Shown piece after piece: positions 1-9,250 of a DNA stretch of 30,543 nucleotides. The position numbers were made by a program, and so were the translations under genes. The stretch comes from a virus (taxonomy: Duplodnaviria > Caudoviricetes): positions 1 through 30,543 of IMG/VR virus record IMGVR_UViG_3300025653_000168, one strand, 5' to 3'. Under the pieces are notes generated by a model that was not told the origin of the DNA, made no database searches, and was given only the letters and a program-made list of their open reading frames with translations. Positions within the stretch are counted from its first letter, which is position 1. Every line of letters starts with the position of its first letter.

Positions 1-24
1 ACAATACCAAAGATTAATTCTCAT
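1..24 (-). CDS. 5' end of a small cyanophage hypothetical protein (MRINLWYC...), runs off the window
   Basis: ATG at 24-22 overlaps the end of the upstream ORF; open to the window edge; only 8 codons visible. Confidence 0.4.
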
Positions 25-169
25 TTTTGCTATGCTCCAACTTGACCCAGTTAAGGAGGGCATTGATTTCTGCTCTTTTTTCTTCCCCAAAGTCTTGCCC
101 CTTGCTAAACATGTAGAAGTCTAATGCCTCGATGACATTCTTACGGTCTTTTTGAGATAATAGTGACAT
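14..169 (-). CDS. small hypothetical protein, 51 aa (MSLLSQKDRKNVIEALDFYMFSKG...LLNWVKLEHSKNEN)
   Basis: Manually translated, below the ORF-track size cutoff; ATG 169-167, TAA 16-14; resembles small cyanophage ORFs found next to tRNAs. Confidence 0.7.
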   Translation of the reverse strand: MSLLSQKDRKNVIEALDFYMFSKGQDFGEEKRAEINALLNWVKLEHSKNEN

Positions 170-188
170 TTGGAGTTTAATGAACTCA

Positions 189-261
189 AGCCAAATAACA
201 GATTTGAACTGTTGACCTTCGCTTTACAAAAGCGCTGCTCTATCCACTGAGCTAATCTGGC
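189..261 (-). tRNA. trnT: tRNA-Thr(UGU)
   Basis: Reverse complement GCCAGAT...ATTTGGC acceptor stem, D arm AGCTCAGTGGATAGAGC, anticodon loop TTTGTAA, T arm AACAG-TTCAAAT-CTGTT; CCA not encoded. Confidence 0.92.
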
Positions 262-264
262 AAA

Positions 265-534
265 TTAATCAACAGGCAATATTTCTGGATTTTCCAGATC
301 TAATTCGAATAAGAGTGGATGGCATTGTTCTTCAATCAAATATGATGAAGTTTTATACAAATCATCAACTTCATACCGCCTTTCTTTGTCTGCGATTTTA
401 ATTAACTCCTCATCGAATATAGATTCGTCTGGGAGGTCATCGAAAGTAAAGGGAACACCACTTATGAAGTACATAAGCACTATTTGCTTACCTTCATTGT
501 ACCATACATATCTGGCATCAATTCGGTATTTCAT
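265..534 (-). CDS. hypothetical protein (89 aa) within the tRNA cluster
   Basis: Clean ORF filling the gap between two tRNAs, preceded by a CTAAATA late-promoter-like motif. Confidence 0.8.
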   Translation of the reverse strand: MKYRIDARYVWYNEGKQIVLMYFISGVPFTFDDLPDESIFDEELIKIADKERRYEVDDLYKTSSYLIEEQCHPLLFELDLENPEILPVD

Positions 535-555
535 AAGTAGTTCTCTACTTTTGAA

Positions 556-562
556 TATTTAG
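556..562 (-). promoter_or_regulatory. T4-type late promoter-like motif CTAAATA
   Basis: About 20 nt upstream of the ATG at 534; overlaps a TAGGGT-N6-ACCCTA hairpin (560-577). Confidence 0.55.
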
Positions 563-578
563 GGTGTTAAAACCCTAG

Positions 579-662
579 TAGGACGAGGGGGACTTGAACC
601 CCCACGGGAATACTCCCAACAGATTTTAAGTCTGGTGCGTCTACCACTTCCGCCACCGTCCC
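579..662 (-). tRNA. trnL: tRNA-Leu(UAA)
   Basis: GGGACGGTGGCGGAAGTGGTAGACGC..., anticodon loop CTTAAAA, long variable arm GGGAGTATTCCC, T arm GGGGG-TTCAAGT-CCCCC; no intron, CCA not encoded. Confidence 0.93.
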
Positions 663-669
663 ATTTGTT

Positions 670-744
670 TGGTAGGACTGCTGGGAATTGAACCCAGTTC
701 ACACCGTTATAAGCAGTGGGCCTTAACCAATAGGCGACAGTCCC
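670..744 (-). tRNA. trnI: tRNA-Ile(UAU)
   Basis: GGGACTG/CAGTCCT acceptor stem, anticodon arm CACTG-CTTATAA-CGGTG, T arm CTGGG-TTCAATT-CCCAG, encoded 3' CCA. Confidence 0.92.
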
Positions 745-762
745 TCGAAAAGGCACTTAACA

Positions 763-791
763 ATTATAAGGCATGAACCTCAGATTGTCAA
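763..791 (-). promoter_or_regulatory. sigma70-type early promoter of the tRNA cluster
   Basis: Perfect TTGACA (791-786) - 17 nt - TATAAT (768-763) just upstream of tRNA-Ile. Confidence 0.88.
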
Positions 792-800
792 GTGCTTGTA

Positions 801-1004
801 TCAATCCATTTGGTAAGTTGGTGGATGATACTTGAGATACTCTTGAAAGGTCATTTTCATTTCCTTCTGAGTCATACCGCAGTGCTTTGCTGCTGCAGGT
901 ATGGTCATCTTAGCACGAAATAGTGCTTCGTTTGCTTCTTTTACGTTTTGTGGCGTTGTTTTTACTCTTTGCTCAATTAAAGAGTCGATTTTGATTGGAT
1001 TCAT
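801..1004 (-). CDS. small hypothetical protein, possible helix-turn-helix
   Basis: 67 aa; segment MTIPAAAKHCGMTQKEMKMTF has HTH-like spacing; 4-nt overlap with the upstream ORF. Confidence 0.7.
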   Translation of the reverse strand: MNPIKIDSLIEQRVKTTPQNVKEANEALFRAKMTIPAAAKHCGMTQKEMKMTFQEYLKYHPPTYQMD

Positions 1005-1183
1005 AGTGGGTTTGTGTATGCGAGAGTTTCTTCTCCCAGTGTGGCACGAATAAATTTTAGCACATTCATAAACTCTTCGGTGGTTTCGCAGACCACTTCC
1101 TTTTCTGACCCTTCACTGGAATAGATGTACACAGTGCGCTTGGTGGGGTCCACCACGCATCGAGTCAGATACTCATCATTCAT
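1001..1183 (-). CDS. hypothetical early protein (60 aa, MNDEYLTRCVVDP...)
   Basis: Start revised from 1249 to the ATG at 1183 because a sigma70 promoter occupies 1211-1239. Confidence 0.75.
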   Translation of the reverse strand: MNDEYLTRCVVDPTKRTVYIYSSEGSEKEVVCETTEEFMNVLKFIRATLGEETLAYTNPL

Positions 1184-1210
1184 CTGGGTGCTTCCGTCGA
1201 TTACCTGACC

Positions 1211-1239
1211 ATAGTAGCACGGTGCCCAAGGCGTGTCAA
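1211..1239 (-). promoter_or_regulatory. sigma70-type early promoter
   Basis: TTGACA (1239-1234) - 17 nt - TACTAT (1216-1211) with an extended -10 TG. Confidence 0.8.
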
Positions 1240-4200
1240 GCAAATCCAATGTAAGTTATGACAACTCTACCATTTCCGCCAGGTAGTCCTTGAACAAATG
1301 GTCCATTGGGTCCTCCAGGTATTGTGTTGCCAGATACAGAATTTGCGCCGGAACCGACTCTACCACCAAAAAATGGAGAATCTATTCCCCCAGGAACTGT
1401 TCCAATGCCTGAAGATGCCTTGATCACAATAATTCCGGGAATAGCATATCCAGATCCTCCACCGCCGCCGCCACCGCCGCCAAAATTTCCGACTCCCCCT
1501 CCACCGCCGCTAAAATATCCTGCTCCTCCAGCACCACCACAATCTCTAGCCGCTGCTGCGAAAGATATTGTACTATCATTTCTAGTTGCACCTCCTCCAC
1601 GTCCATTAATAAATCCTCCCGTCGCATTGGCACCCTGCAAAGGAATAATTGCTACGTTGTATGGAGAATTTGCCCCTCTACTACCTGAAGTAGTTATGGC
1701 AATACCAACTCCATTTTCTCCTGGATTTAATATTGTGATATTTGTTCTTGTGGGGGGAACAATTGCATAATTAAGTGAATATGCTTGACCACCAATACCT
1801 CCTAGTGTTGTGGATCCACCTCCACCTCCTATTCCAGCAATAGCAGATGAGGTAGATGGGGATGTAATAACATATGAGTTTCCATCTCCCCCATCACGAC
1901 CAGATTGATTTGCTCCACCTCCACCACCACCATCTCCACCTCTCGATAGAGGAGAATTCCATTGCCTACTTCCGGGTGGAAAAATATTCGGACTGTTTTG
2001 AAAAGTTCCTGCACCTCCTCCTCCACCTCCACCAACAACCGCTAAAAGAACATTAGTTAGACCATCATATATTGCAGTATAACCTCCACTAGAACCACCA
2101 TATGCATTATTAGGTCCACCATTAAACTTATTTCTAATAGATGGTGACAATTTAATAGTAAAACTATCCCAATTATCACCGTTAGAAATTTCTATATCTC
2201 CAGGTGTTTCAACTGTACCTCCTGGGGCTGGAGATTGATTATAACTGAATATAATTGTTCCTTCTTCGGTTGAATCTGAATTTGTTCCAACAGATGTAAC
2301 AATAGGTGTGGTGTAGTCTACTGGGCTATTTGTAACAGTAACACTTTTATCATCTACAAATGAAACAGTTACGACAGTATCATCATCTCTATAAGTGTTA
2401 ATTCCCGCAAAAGATATTGTATTACCATTTCCAGAGTCATTGGTAAATGATATAACAGCTGCGGGATCAATGGGAATCCTCTCAACACCTCTAAAAACCT
2501 GAACAAAATGTGCAGTACCTCTATCTCCTATATTTGTAGTTAAATTATTAACTGTTGCATCTGGTACTCCTCCAGTAGTGAATTTATATGATAGTTGATA
2601 TCCTGGATTTGCATTATTTCCAACTTGCTGAGAAATTGTAGTAAATCCCGTCGGAACTGAAGGTTGTCCGTTGTCTACAATAGATGTGGATATAATTAAA
2701 TCTGCAAATACCGAAGTATATGCAGGTATAGTTAAATTTCCAGTAAATCCTGAAGGTGTTGCTGTGGGTTGAAGACCAATAGTTATAGTTTTAAATGGTG
2801 AAACATTTGATAATGCAAATACTGCGGGATCATCAGGAGTTTCAGTTGTTAAATTTCTAATCGCATTTACAATAGTTGCTTCATTTGATCCGAATCTATC
2901 ATTTCCCACTGCATTTGATGGTATCAAACTATATCCAGTAGGTGGGGTAATTAATGCTGAATTTAAAGAACGATTTCCAATAAACACAAATGGTATTGAT
3001 GCATAATTTGAAGAATTGGGTGTGCCAAAAGATACTGGATCTGGAATATTTCCGAATCCAGTATCTAATAAACTTTGAAGTATTGGTGAATTTACTGATA
3101 CTCCAGTATATCTCTGAGCAATATGCCTCACGCCAGCTGGTCTTCCGTTTAGATTTGGTCCATATGGAGTTAATACATTATTATCAATAATACCGGCGGT
3201 AGTAAGACCATTGATTGTTGTTCCATCAGTCGCAGCATCGTAATACTTATATGATAATTGGAATGATGGATTTGTATTGCTCACTTCAATCGGTATAAAT
3301 CCTGTAGGAACACTCATAGTTCCTCCATCAGATATTGAAGAACATATTATTAGATCTCCAGTTACAGTTCCAGTTGGATACGTTAGTGTTGATGGAGATG
3401 CAGTGATAGTTTCTGTTGGTCTTAATAAAACAGTTGCTCCAACATTACATCCAGTTACTGATGTAGTGAATGAACCTCCTGTCGTAAGGTTGCTTTGTGA
3501 AGTGGCCAACTGTCTATATGCAGCAAACACAGAAGAATCTATTCTCTTTGGTCTGAGAGCAAGTGTGTAAGAGAGCCAAGAATCATCATCATTACCGTCT
3601 GCACTAAAAAATGAACCAACACCCTGAGCAGTGTTTGCTCCAGCGGTTAATAAACGATAAGCCGTCGAAACAGATGAAGAATCACCTCCACCCTGATCTG
3701 TTGCCGAAATTGGACCTAAAATAAATCCTGCAGGAGCACTAACATCTGCCGGATCAACTACATCATCATCAAGAAATCCAAGAGCAACAAGCATACATCC
3801 ATCAGTTATTGGTGTTATATTTGGTGGGTTTGGAAAACCACCACCACCACCATCATCATTCTCCACGGGATTTACGTCTAATGGACATTCATCATCAACA
3901 CCAGTAAAAACTAATACTGAATATGCAATATTATCATTACCTCCAGAAGCATTATCACTATTTTCCACTGTTACTGTAGTTCCTGCAGCAAAAGTATATC
4001 CATATCTTACGTTTGGTTGAGAAAATAGTGGAGATGTAAACTCAGTAAATCCAGGACCAAAGGTGTTTGGGAATTGACCATCCGACACAGCAGCAACAAG
4101 AACAAAATCACCTGCAGATAAACCTCCAATATCAAATGTTACTGGAGTTCCCGAAGCATCTTGATCTTGTACAAAGGTATCTCCGGCAACTCCATTAATA

Positions 4201-5294
4201 GTAATTCCTGTTTTTCTTGCAATTGGTCCTGCTGGACTATTATTTGAAGATGCAATTGGTCCTGCAACATATACTGGTGGAGGAGTGACAGTTGTAGTCC
4301 TATCATCAAGAAATCCAAAAGATGCTAGAGTGCATCCAGGTACATCAGAAATAAAATCTGGTAAAGATGTAGTATTTGTATTAGTTGATCTGTTTAAAAT
4401 ATTTTCTCCAAAAGGATAAATGCCAAAGGTGGGGTCCACATTTCTAAATGCAGTTGCAACATAAGAAACAATTTTAGCAGTGTTTGACACTGGTGGAGTT
4501 AGTCCTAATGATATACTTGGAGTAGTTAACAAAGGATCTCCGGCAGCAATAACTTTATACATCAATCTATATGATGGACCATTCAATGTTCCTGGAGTAT
4601 TATCTACAGGAGCTGCTCTGAATAACAAATCAGTAAAACCTGCAAGACTTGGGAATGATCCATCATCACAAGATGCTGCAACAAAAATTACATCATTTAC
4701 TGCCAATACTGATGTTAAAGGAATTGCCGTTGAATTTGAAGCAGTGCCAGTAGATACTTGAGTTGGCGTGGCTCCTGGTGTTCTTGTAGATCCTACCGTA
4801 GATTGTGTTGTATATGCAACATTACCAAGAGTAACTGAACTAACGGCTGCTGCTGATGCTATCGGTGTTATTGTTGCAATATTTTGAGTGTCGTATTCAT
4901 CGCTCGGGATATTGAAAGAATCTGGGTTTCCCCCTCCACCACCAACTTTAATCTTAAGAAATCTATTATAAAGTCCCAAAGATCTTGTTGGTACACGAAT
5001 TGCGGTATATCCTCCAGGACCTCCATTTCCAGATTGACCTTCTCTACATGAACCAGATGCTCCTCCACCTCCCCACATTTCAATTAGCAAAGTTCCATCA
5101 AGAGTAACATCATTTATTGTTGGTTGAATTCCGCCTCCAGTTATAGGTGGAAATGTTTGCTCGGAATTGGGAGTATCTGGGATAATAGTAACTAAAGGTT
5201 TTGTTCCTATAGGACCAAATTCTGTCTCAATTGTTTCATAAATTTCATCTGAACTTCTTCCTCCACCATATACCAATGCTTGTATAATAGTCAT
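1236..5294 (-). CDS. large glycine-rich virion/fibre-like protein with four ~190-220 aa beta-rich repeats
   Basis: 1352 aa; Gly-rich N-terminal (MWGGGG...GGPGGYT) and C-terminal (GGGGGGSGY...GGNGRVVI) parts; repeated D-x-I/V...SD-G...P-GF...SYK...F-GV...FLDD motifs; lies downstream of tail genes. Confidence 0.75.
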   Translation of the reverse strand: MTIIQALVYGGGRSSDEIYETIETEFGPIGTKPLVTIIPDTPNSEQTFPPITGGGIQPTINDVTLDGTLLIEMWGGGGASGSCREGQSGNGGPGGYTAIRVPTRSLGLYNRFLKIKVGGGGGNPDSFNIPSDEYDTQNIATITPIASAAAVSSVTLGNVAYTTQSTVGSTRTPGATPTQVSTGTASNSTAIPLTSVLAVNDVIFVAASCDDGSFPSLAGFTDLLFRAAPVDNTPGTLNGPSYRLMYKVIAAGDPLLTTPSISLGLTPPVSNTAKIVSYVATAFRNVDPTFGIYPFGENILNRSTNTNTTSLPDFISDVPGCTLASFGFLDDRTTTVTPPPVYVAGPIASSNNSPAGPIARKTGITINGVAGDTFVQDQDASGTPVTFDIGGLSAGDFVLVAAVSDGQFPNTFGPGFTEFTSPLFSQPNVRYGYTFAAGTTVTVENSDNASGGNDNIAYSVLVFTGVDDECPLDVNPVENDDGGGGGFPNPPNITPITDGCMLVALGFLDDDVVDPADVSAPAGFILGPISATDQGGGDSSSVSTAYRLLTAGANTAQGVGSFFSADGNDDDSWLSYTLALRPKRIDSSVFAAYRQLATSQSNLTTGGSFTTSVTGCNVGATVLLRPTETITASPSTLTYPTGTVTGDLIICSSISDGGTMSVPTGFIPIEVSNTNPSFQLSYKYYDAATDGTTINGLTTAGIIDNNVLTPYGPNLNGRPAGVRHIAQRYTGVSVNSPILQSLLDTGFGNIPDPVSFGTPNSSNYASIPFVFIGNRSLNSALITPPTGYSLIPSNAVGNDRFGSNEATIVNAIRNLTTETPDDPAVFALSNVSPFKTITIGLQPTATPSGFTGNLTIPAYTSVFADLIISTSIVDNGQPSVPTGFTTISQQVGNNANPGYQLSYKFTTGGVPDATVNNLTTNIGDRGTAHFVQVFRGVERIPIDPAAVISFTNDSGNGNTISFAGINTYRDDDTVVTVSFVDDKSVTVTNSPVDYTTPIVTSVGTNSDSTEEGTIIFSYNQSPAPGGTVETPGDIEISNGDNWDSFTIKLSPSIRNKFNGGPNNAYGGSSGGYTAIYDGLTNVLLAVVGGGGGGGAGTFQNSPNIFPPGSRQWNSPLSRGGDGGGGGGANQSGRDGGDGNSYVITSPSTSSAIAGIGGGGGSTTLGGIGGQAYSLNYAIVPPTRTNITILNPGENGVGIAITTSGSRGANSPYNVAIIPLQGANATGGFINGRGGGATRNDSTISFAAAARDCGGAGGAGYFSGGGGGVGNFGGGGGGGGGSGYAIPGIIVIKASSGIGTVPGGIDSPFFGGRVGSGANSVSGNTIPGGPNGPFVQGLPGGNGRVVITYIGFA

Positions 5295-5297
5295 ATT

Positions 5298-7817
5298 TTA
5301 AATACCAAATATTCCATTTCCGGCGACAATGAATGAAGTTTGTCCTCCAGCATTATCTATACATAAAAATGTTGCAATTGAAAATGGAATCATTGCAACT
5401 TCAGAAACTGATCCTTCAAATGGCGATACAGTAAAAAGTCCTGGATTTAAGGGATCTTGCCAAGATACATTTACCTGCCCCGTTACTGCGGTTCCTACCG
5501 TATTTACTACAGTAACTGCATCGCCAATATCAAAGAAACCATTTCTAAATGATGCTCCTATTCCAGTAACCGCACTATAACTATCAATAATGACGTGTCT
5601 TCCAACATATGACCTATCTATACCACCTGAAGGATTTATTTCTTGCGGAATTGCTCTATATTTTCCATTAACATCCGATAAAATATTTGTTGAATGATTA
5701 TATTCCAATCCACCATCAGAAACAAATAAAGCCGTTGTTACTCCAAGTGGTTCATCAGGAGTTGAGGGATTGGTCGTTGGCGTTGTTGCTATACGAAATA
5801 TTGCACTTGGAGAAGCGGCACCGCCACCAGGAGAATCATAAGTTACTATACTAATATCAGTATCAATCTCAACCCAAGAAAGACCAATTCCAGTGGTATT
5901 GTATACAGTTGAACCTGTAGAAACTAAAATATCTCCAGCATTTCCATAACCACCGTCAATTGGATTTGGAAGACTGATTGCAGCAACGGTCAAAATTCCA
6001 ACTCCAGCGGCAACAGGAGTTCCCTCAGTACCTTCAATTGCAATGTTATTTGCGGTTAAACCACTTCTAAAAGTAGAAATTGAATTTACTGTTAATTTGT
6101 CAAGTGCAGCAGCAACTGTAATATCTTCTCCAATAGTTACAGTATTATCAAAATTTGCCGTATTATCAAATCTTGAAGGTAGATAAACAGTAAAATTATC
6201 TGTTGGGGATGAAAATCCAGGACCACCACCAATTGGCAATACGCCAATTGAAGTTACTCCAATAACCTCTAAATCAATTAAAGTATCTACATTAGTTAGA
6301 GAAGAATCAGTAACTCCCGTTCCTAAAGTTGTAGCACTTAAGACATCATTTCCATCAATTCTATAAGTTTTTCCAATACCTAAATCAATATTCTCTGAAG
6401 ATTTTAGAGAATCTGATGCTAAGTTATAAGTAAAACTCTTTTGAACAGTTCCAACACCAATTGTAATTCCACCAGTATCCAATAAAGCATTTGCTGTTGC
6501 AAATCCAAGAGTATCAGAAGAAACTGAAGTTCCAATTCCAATTTGAATATCTGCAATAGTAACTATTGTAGAATCAATAATTGTTTGTCTACCTTCTACA
6601 TACAAGTCACCCTTAATTCTTACAAGACCACTTGTAGTTCCTACACCTATTGGTGATGGATCAATGACTATTTCTGAAGGACCAAAAATAGTTGCAACAT
6701 TTGATGTTCCTGCTAATCCACTAAAGATTGAAATACCTGTTCCAACAGTTTCAAGTCTTTTCTCATTATTAAAAAATAGTTCTACTCCACTATCAGTATT
6801 GAATTGTGCATACAAATCTACTAAAGAAGTGTCTCTAAACTCAATATTGTCACCAGCAATTACAAGAGATCCATTTGGATTATCCTCAATAATATAACTA
6901 TTTTCCGTAACTGGATCATGGAATAGAGTTAAATCACTAGAAATTCCTAAAGTTATTTCTGATATATCGGGAAGAGTTAATGTTCCAGCAATACCTGCGT
7001 TTCCGTTGTTATAGAATCTATAATAAGGTATTACTCTATCTGTTGCAACTCCAAGTGAAGTTTCTGTTGAGAATGCAACTACAAAAACATCACCTCTATC
7101 GGGTGCAATGAATGTATCACCAGTGTCTAAATTTGTTGTATATGCAGTATATTCATCACTAATACTTTCGCCAATCCCAACTCCTTTAATTGAAAAACAA
7201 CTCGAATTTCCAGCACCAGGATTAGCACCGACGAAAGGATCGCCAGTCCTTCTAGTATCAATGCGAATAATGCCGCCAACTCGACTAGTATCTACAATGC
7301 CTGCTTGACCAACATTTGCTCCTAATGAAATCAGAGCACCATCAACTTCAGTGAAGAGTGCGGAAGTTACAGTGTTTGCAAGTCCAGTAAATGAGATTCC
7401 AGAGTCTGTTGCAGAACCAGTATTATCAGGAAGTTCTCCAATTAAAATATTGCTATTCTCTGCATCAGTAATTAAATGAATTTCTGATAATGGTTGAGAT
7501 GTTCCAATACCAATTCTACCATCATTCTTTATGTTAAGATATGGAATTGTTGGTGGACCATTTTGATCGGAAAGACGTTTATTATCAATTAAGAGCGAAT
7601 CTCCACGACCTTTTTGAATTATTCTAACGGTTGGAGTTTCTCTATCATCGACAATATGAAATCTAGCATTTACTGGATCTGCTGTTCCTATCCCAACAAT
7701 TCCTGTAGCACGATCTACTATCCAATATTCTGGATAGTTTCTTGGGAGATTTGGTACTGGTTCAGAATCTACAAACCCCTCTTCCTCTAGAAGTTCTTCT
7801 AACTCTTCTTCGGTCAT
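5298..7817 (-). CDS. tail fibre-like structural protein
   Basis: 839 aa; GxxGIGTxxP repeats, KGDLYVEG..TIIDST, VLSATTLGTGV..SSLT motifs and a C-terminal ..GDAVTVVN...ATFLCI...IVAGNG domain typical of cyanomyovirus fibres. Confidence 0.72.
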   Translation of the reverse strand: MTEEELEELLEEEGFVDSEPVPNLPRNYPEYWIVDRATGIVGIGTADPVNARFHIVDDRETPTVRIIQKGRGDSLLIDNKRLSDQNGPPTIPYLNIKNDGRIGIGTSQPLSEIHLITDAENSNILIGELPDNTGSATDSGISFTGLANTVTSALFTEVDGALISLGANVGQAGIVDTSRVGGIIRIDTRRTGDPFVGANPGAGNSSCFSIKGVGIGESISDEYTAYTTNLDTGDTFIAPDRGDVFVVAFSTETSLGVATDRVIPYYRFYNNGNAGIAGTLTLPDISEITLGISSDLTLFHDPVTENSYIIEDNPNGSLVIAGDNIEFRDTSLVDLYAQFNTDSGVELFFNNEKRLETVGTGISIFSGLAGTSNVATIFGPSEIVIDPSPIGVGTTSGLVRIKGDLYVEGRQTIIDSTIVTIADIQIGIGTSVSSDTLGFATANALLDTGGITIGVGTVQKSFTYNLASDSLKSSENIDLGIGKTYRIDGNDVLSATTLGTGVTDSSLTNVDTLIDLEVIGVTSIGVLPIGGGPGFSSPTDNFTVYLPSRFDNTANFDNTVTIGEDITVAAALDKLTVNSISTFRSGLTANNIAIEGTEGTPVAAGVGILTVAAISLPNPIDGGYGNAGDILVSTGSTVYNTTGIGLSWVEIDTDISIVTYDSPGGGAASPSAIFRIATTPTTNPSTPDEPLGVTTALFVSDGGLEYNHSTNILSDVNGKYRAIPQEINPSGGIDRSYVGRHVIIDSYSAVTGIGASFRNGFFDIGDAVTVVNTVGTAVTGQVNVSWQDPLNPGLFTVSPFEGSVSEVAMIPFSIATFLCIDNAGGQTSFIVAGNGIFGI

Positions 7818-7844
7818 ATCTTATTGCCTATTGTTTTATGTATA

Positions 7845-8651
7845 TTATTTTTTAATGTCGTAATTGTATCCTACAATTGACCTTTGATTATTATCTCCAG
7901 GATAATCCTCAATATTACCTTCGTACTCTGGAATTAATTTTTCCGTATCAATTCTTTCCGCCATAATATAATAGAAACAATCTATAGGAAGTCCTCCATT
8001 AGATTGTAAGTATATTTTTTCATCATCCCACCTTTTCACAATAACATCTTGATGAGATCCAATTGGTGTTAAATTAACTGTAATTGTTTTAACATCAACT
8101 AAATTTTTCCAATATCCAGGAAGTTTAATTTCTTTTTTATTCTTAACTCTTCCCCTAACATATACTGCTGCTTCAGGTCCTTCGACACAAGAATGAGTAA
8201 GTCTCCAACCTTCTTTTGTTGGATGTTTAATATCAAAATCCTTTTTAATTGATAATCTATGTACTCCACATCCAGCAACAACGTCTCCAAGTGCTTCCAC
8301 ACCCAAAGCTCTTACTTTTCTTCCAGCAGTAACGTCTTTTGCAACATCAAGATGATTAAAAACTACAGCATCTCCCCTAACCGCAAGAGAATATGGAGAG
8401 TGATTTACTGGACCAAAACAACTTGGCAAAAATCCCGGAACAAATGGTGGAGGAGAATCTCTATTACCCATCTTTCCAATCATTACAGTTGCCCAAACAT
8501 TTGGGAACTGATTTGCTCTTCCAAATACTGCAGGAGATTCGCAGTACATTGATCCCCTGACTTCAAAAGGTCCTCTACCAAGAAGTTCGGGATTTCCCTT
8601 ACCTATAAAAAGTCTCTTTCCAACTGATAAATCATCAAAACTAGCTGACAT
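7845..8651 (-). CDS. gp5-associated structural protein with a C-terminal fibre/chaperone-like domain
   Basis: 268 aa; motif KKDFDIKHPTKEGWRLTHSCVEGPEAAVYVRGR...AERID seen at the C-termini of phage fibre proteins. Confidence 0.6.
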   Translation of the reverse strand: MSASFDDLSVGKRLFIGKGNPELLGRGPFEVRGSMYCESPAVFGRANQFPNVWATVMIGKMGNRDSPPPFVPGFLPSCFGPVNHSPYSLAVRGDAVVFNHLDVAKDVTAGRKVRALGVEALGDVVAGCGVHRLSIKKDFDIKHPTKEGWRLTHSCVEGPEAAVYVRGRVKNKKEIKLPGYWKNLVDVKTITVNLTPIGSHQDVIVKRWDDEKIYLQSNGGLPIDCFYYIMAERIDTEKLIPEYEGNIEDYPGDNNQRSIVGYNYDIKK

Positions 8652-8662
8652 TGGTTTATATA

Positions 8663-9250
8663 CTAAACAAAGTTCTTTTTATTATGTATCTTAGAAATTC
8701 TGGATGGAAATTTAGATGCTTTTATCTTTTGTGCTGAAGTTGCAACATCAATAAGACCTCCGTAAATATCGAGAGATGCGTCAGCAACCATTTGCAGAGA
8801 TCCAGAAGAAAAGAATTTAGCAACAGAATCAACATTAATTGTTAGATTTTTTGTTGTGAAATTAATTTGCTCATTTGATTCTAAGTTAATAACTCCAGCA
8901 TTATTCTTAGTTCCTTCTGCAAACAAATCAATATTTTCAGCATCTAATTTAATTCTTCCATTTTTTGCTCTTAAAACAATGTCTCCATTGATTGCCTCAA
9001 GATAAATTCCAAACTTATTATAAGGAACATCATCACCTGCCTTTAATTCAAATGCTCCTGGACAACGAATGATAGTCCAACCCTGTCTACCTTTATCTGC
9101 ATCAAGAGTAACATAATGTCTATAATCATATCCACTACGAACCATATATGCAGATAGTACATTATCATTATGGACGTGTCCTCTGATAGTTTCACTATCT
9201 TTAGTCCCTTTTCTATGAGCGTGATAATTTCTCTGTAATTTATCTGCCAT
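8663..9250 (-). CDS. putative gp5 C-terminal-like beta-helical spike protein
   Basis: 195 aa directly coupled to gp5 (TAATG overlap); periodic short strands (GDIVLRAKNGRIKLDAENIDLFA...INLES). Confidence 0.55.
   Translation of the reverse strand: MADKLQRNYHAHRKGTKDSETIRGHVHNDNVLSAYMVRSGYDYRHYVTLDADKGRQGWTIIRCPGAFELKAGDDVPYNKFGIYLEAINGDIVLRAKNGRIKLDAENIDLFAEGTKNNAGVINLESNEQINFTTKNLTINVDSVAKFFSSGSLQMVADASLDIYGGLIDVATSAQKIKASKFPSRISKIHNKKNFV

Noticed and set aside
579-662. Group I intron in tRNA-Leu(UAA), as found in many cyanobacteria
   Set aside because: The anticodon loop is uninterrupted and the gene is 84 nt
559-756. 65-aa ORF in the track
   Set aside because: Coincides with tRNA-Leu and tRNA-Ile on the same strand; a translation artefact
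1184-1249. N-terminal extension of ORF 1001-1249
   Set aside because: Overlaps the upstream gene end and a well-formed sigma70 promoter; the ATG at 1183 is the better start
1306-1770. Pro-rich plus-strand ORF and similar antisense ORFs (e.g. 17391-17849, 26988-27461, 14755-15030)
   Set aside because: Shadows of Gly-rich or repetitive genes on the opposite strand; no independent support
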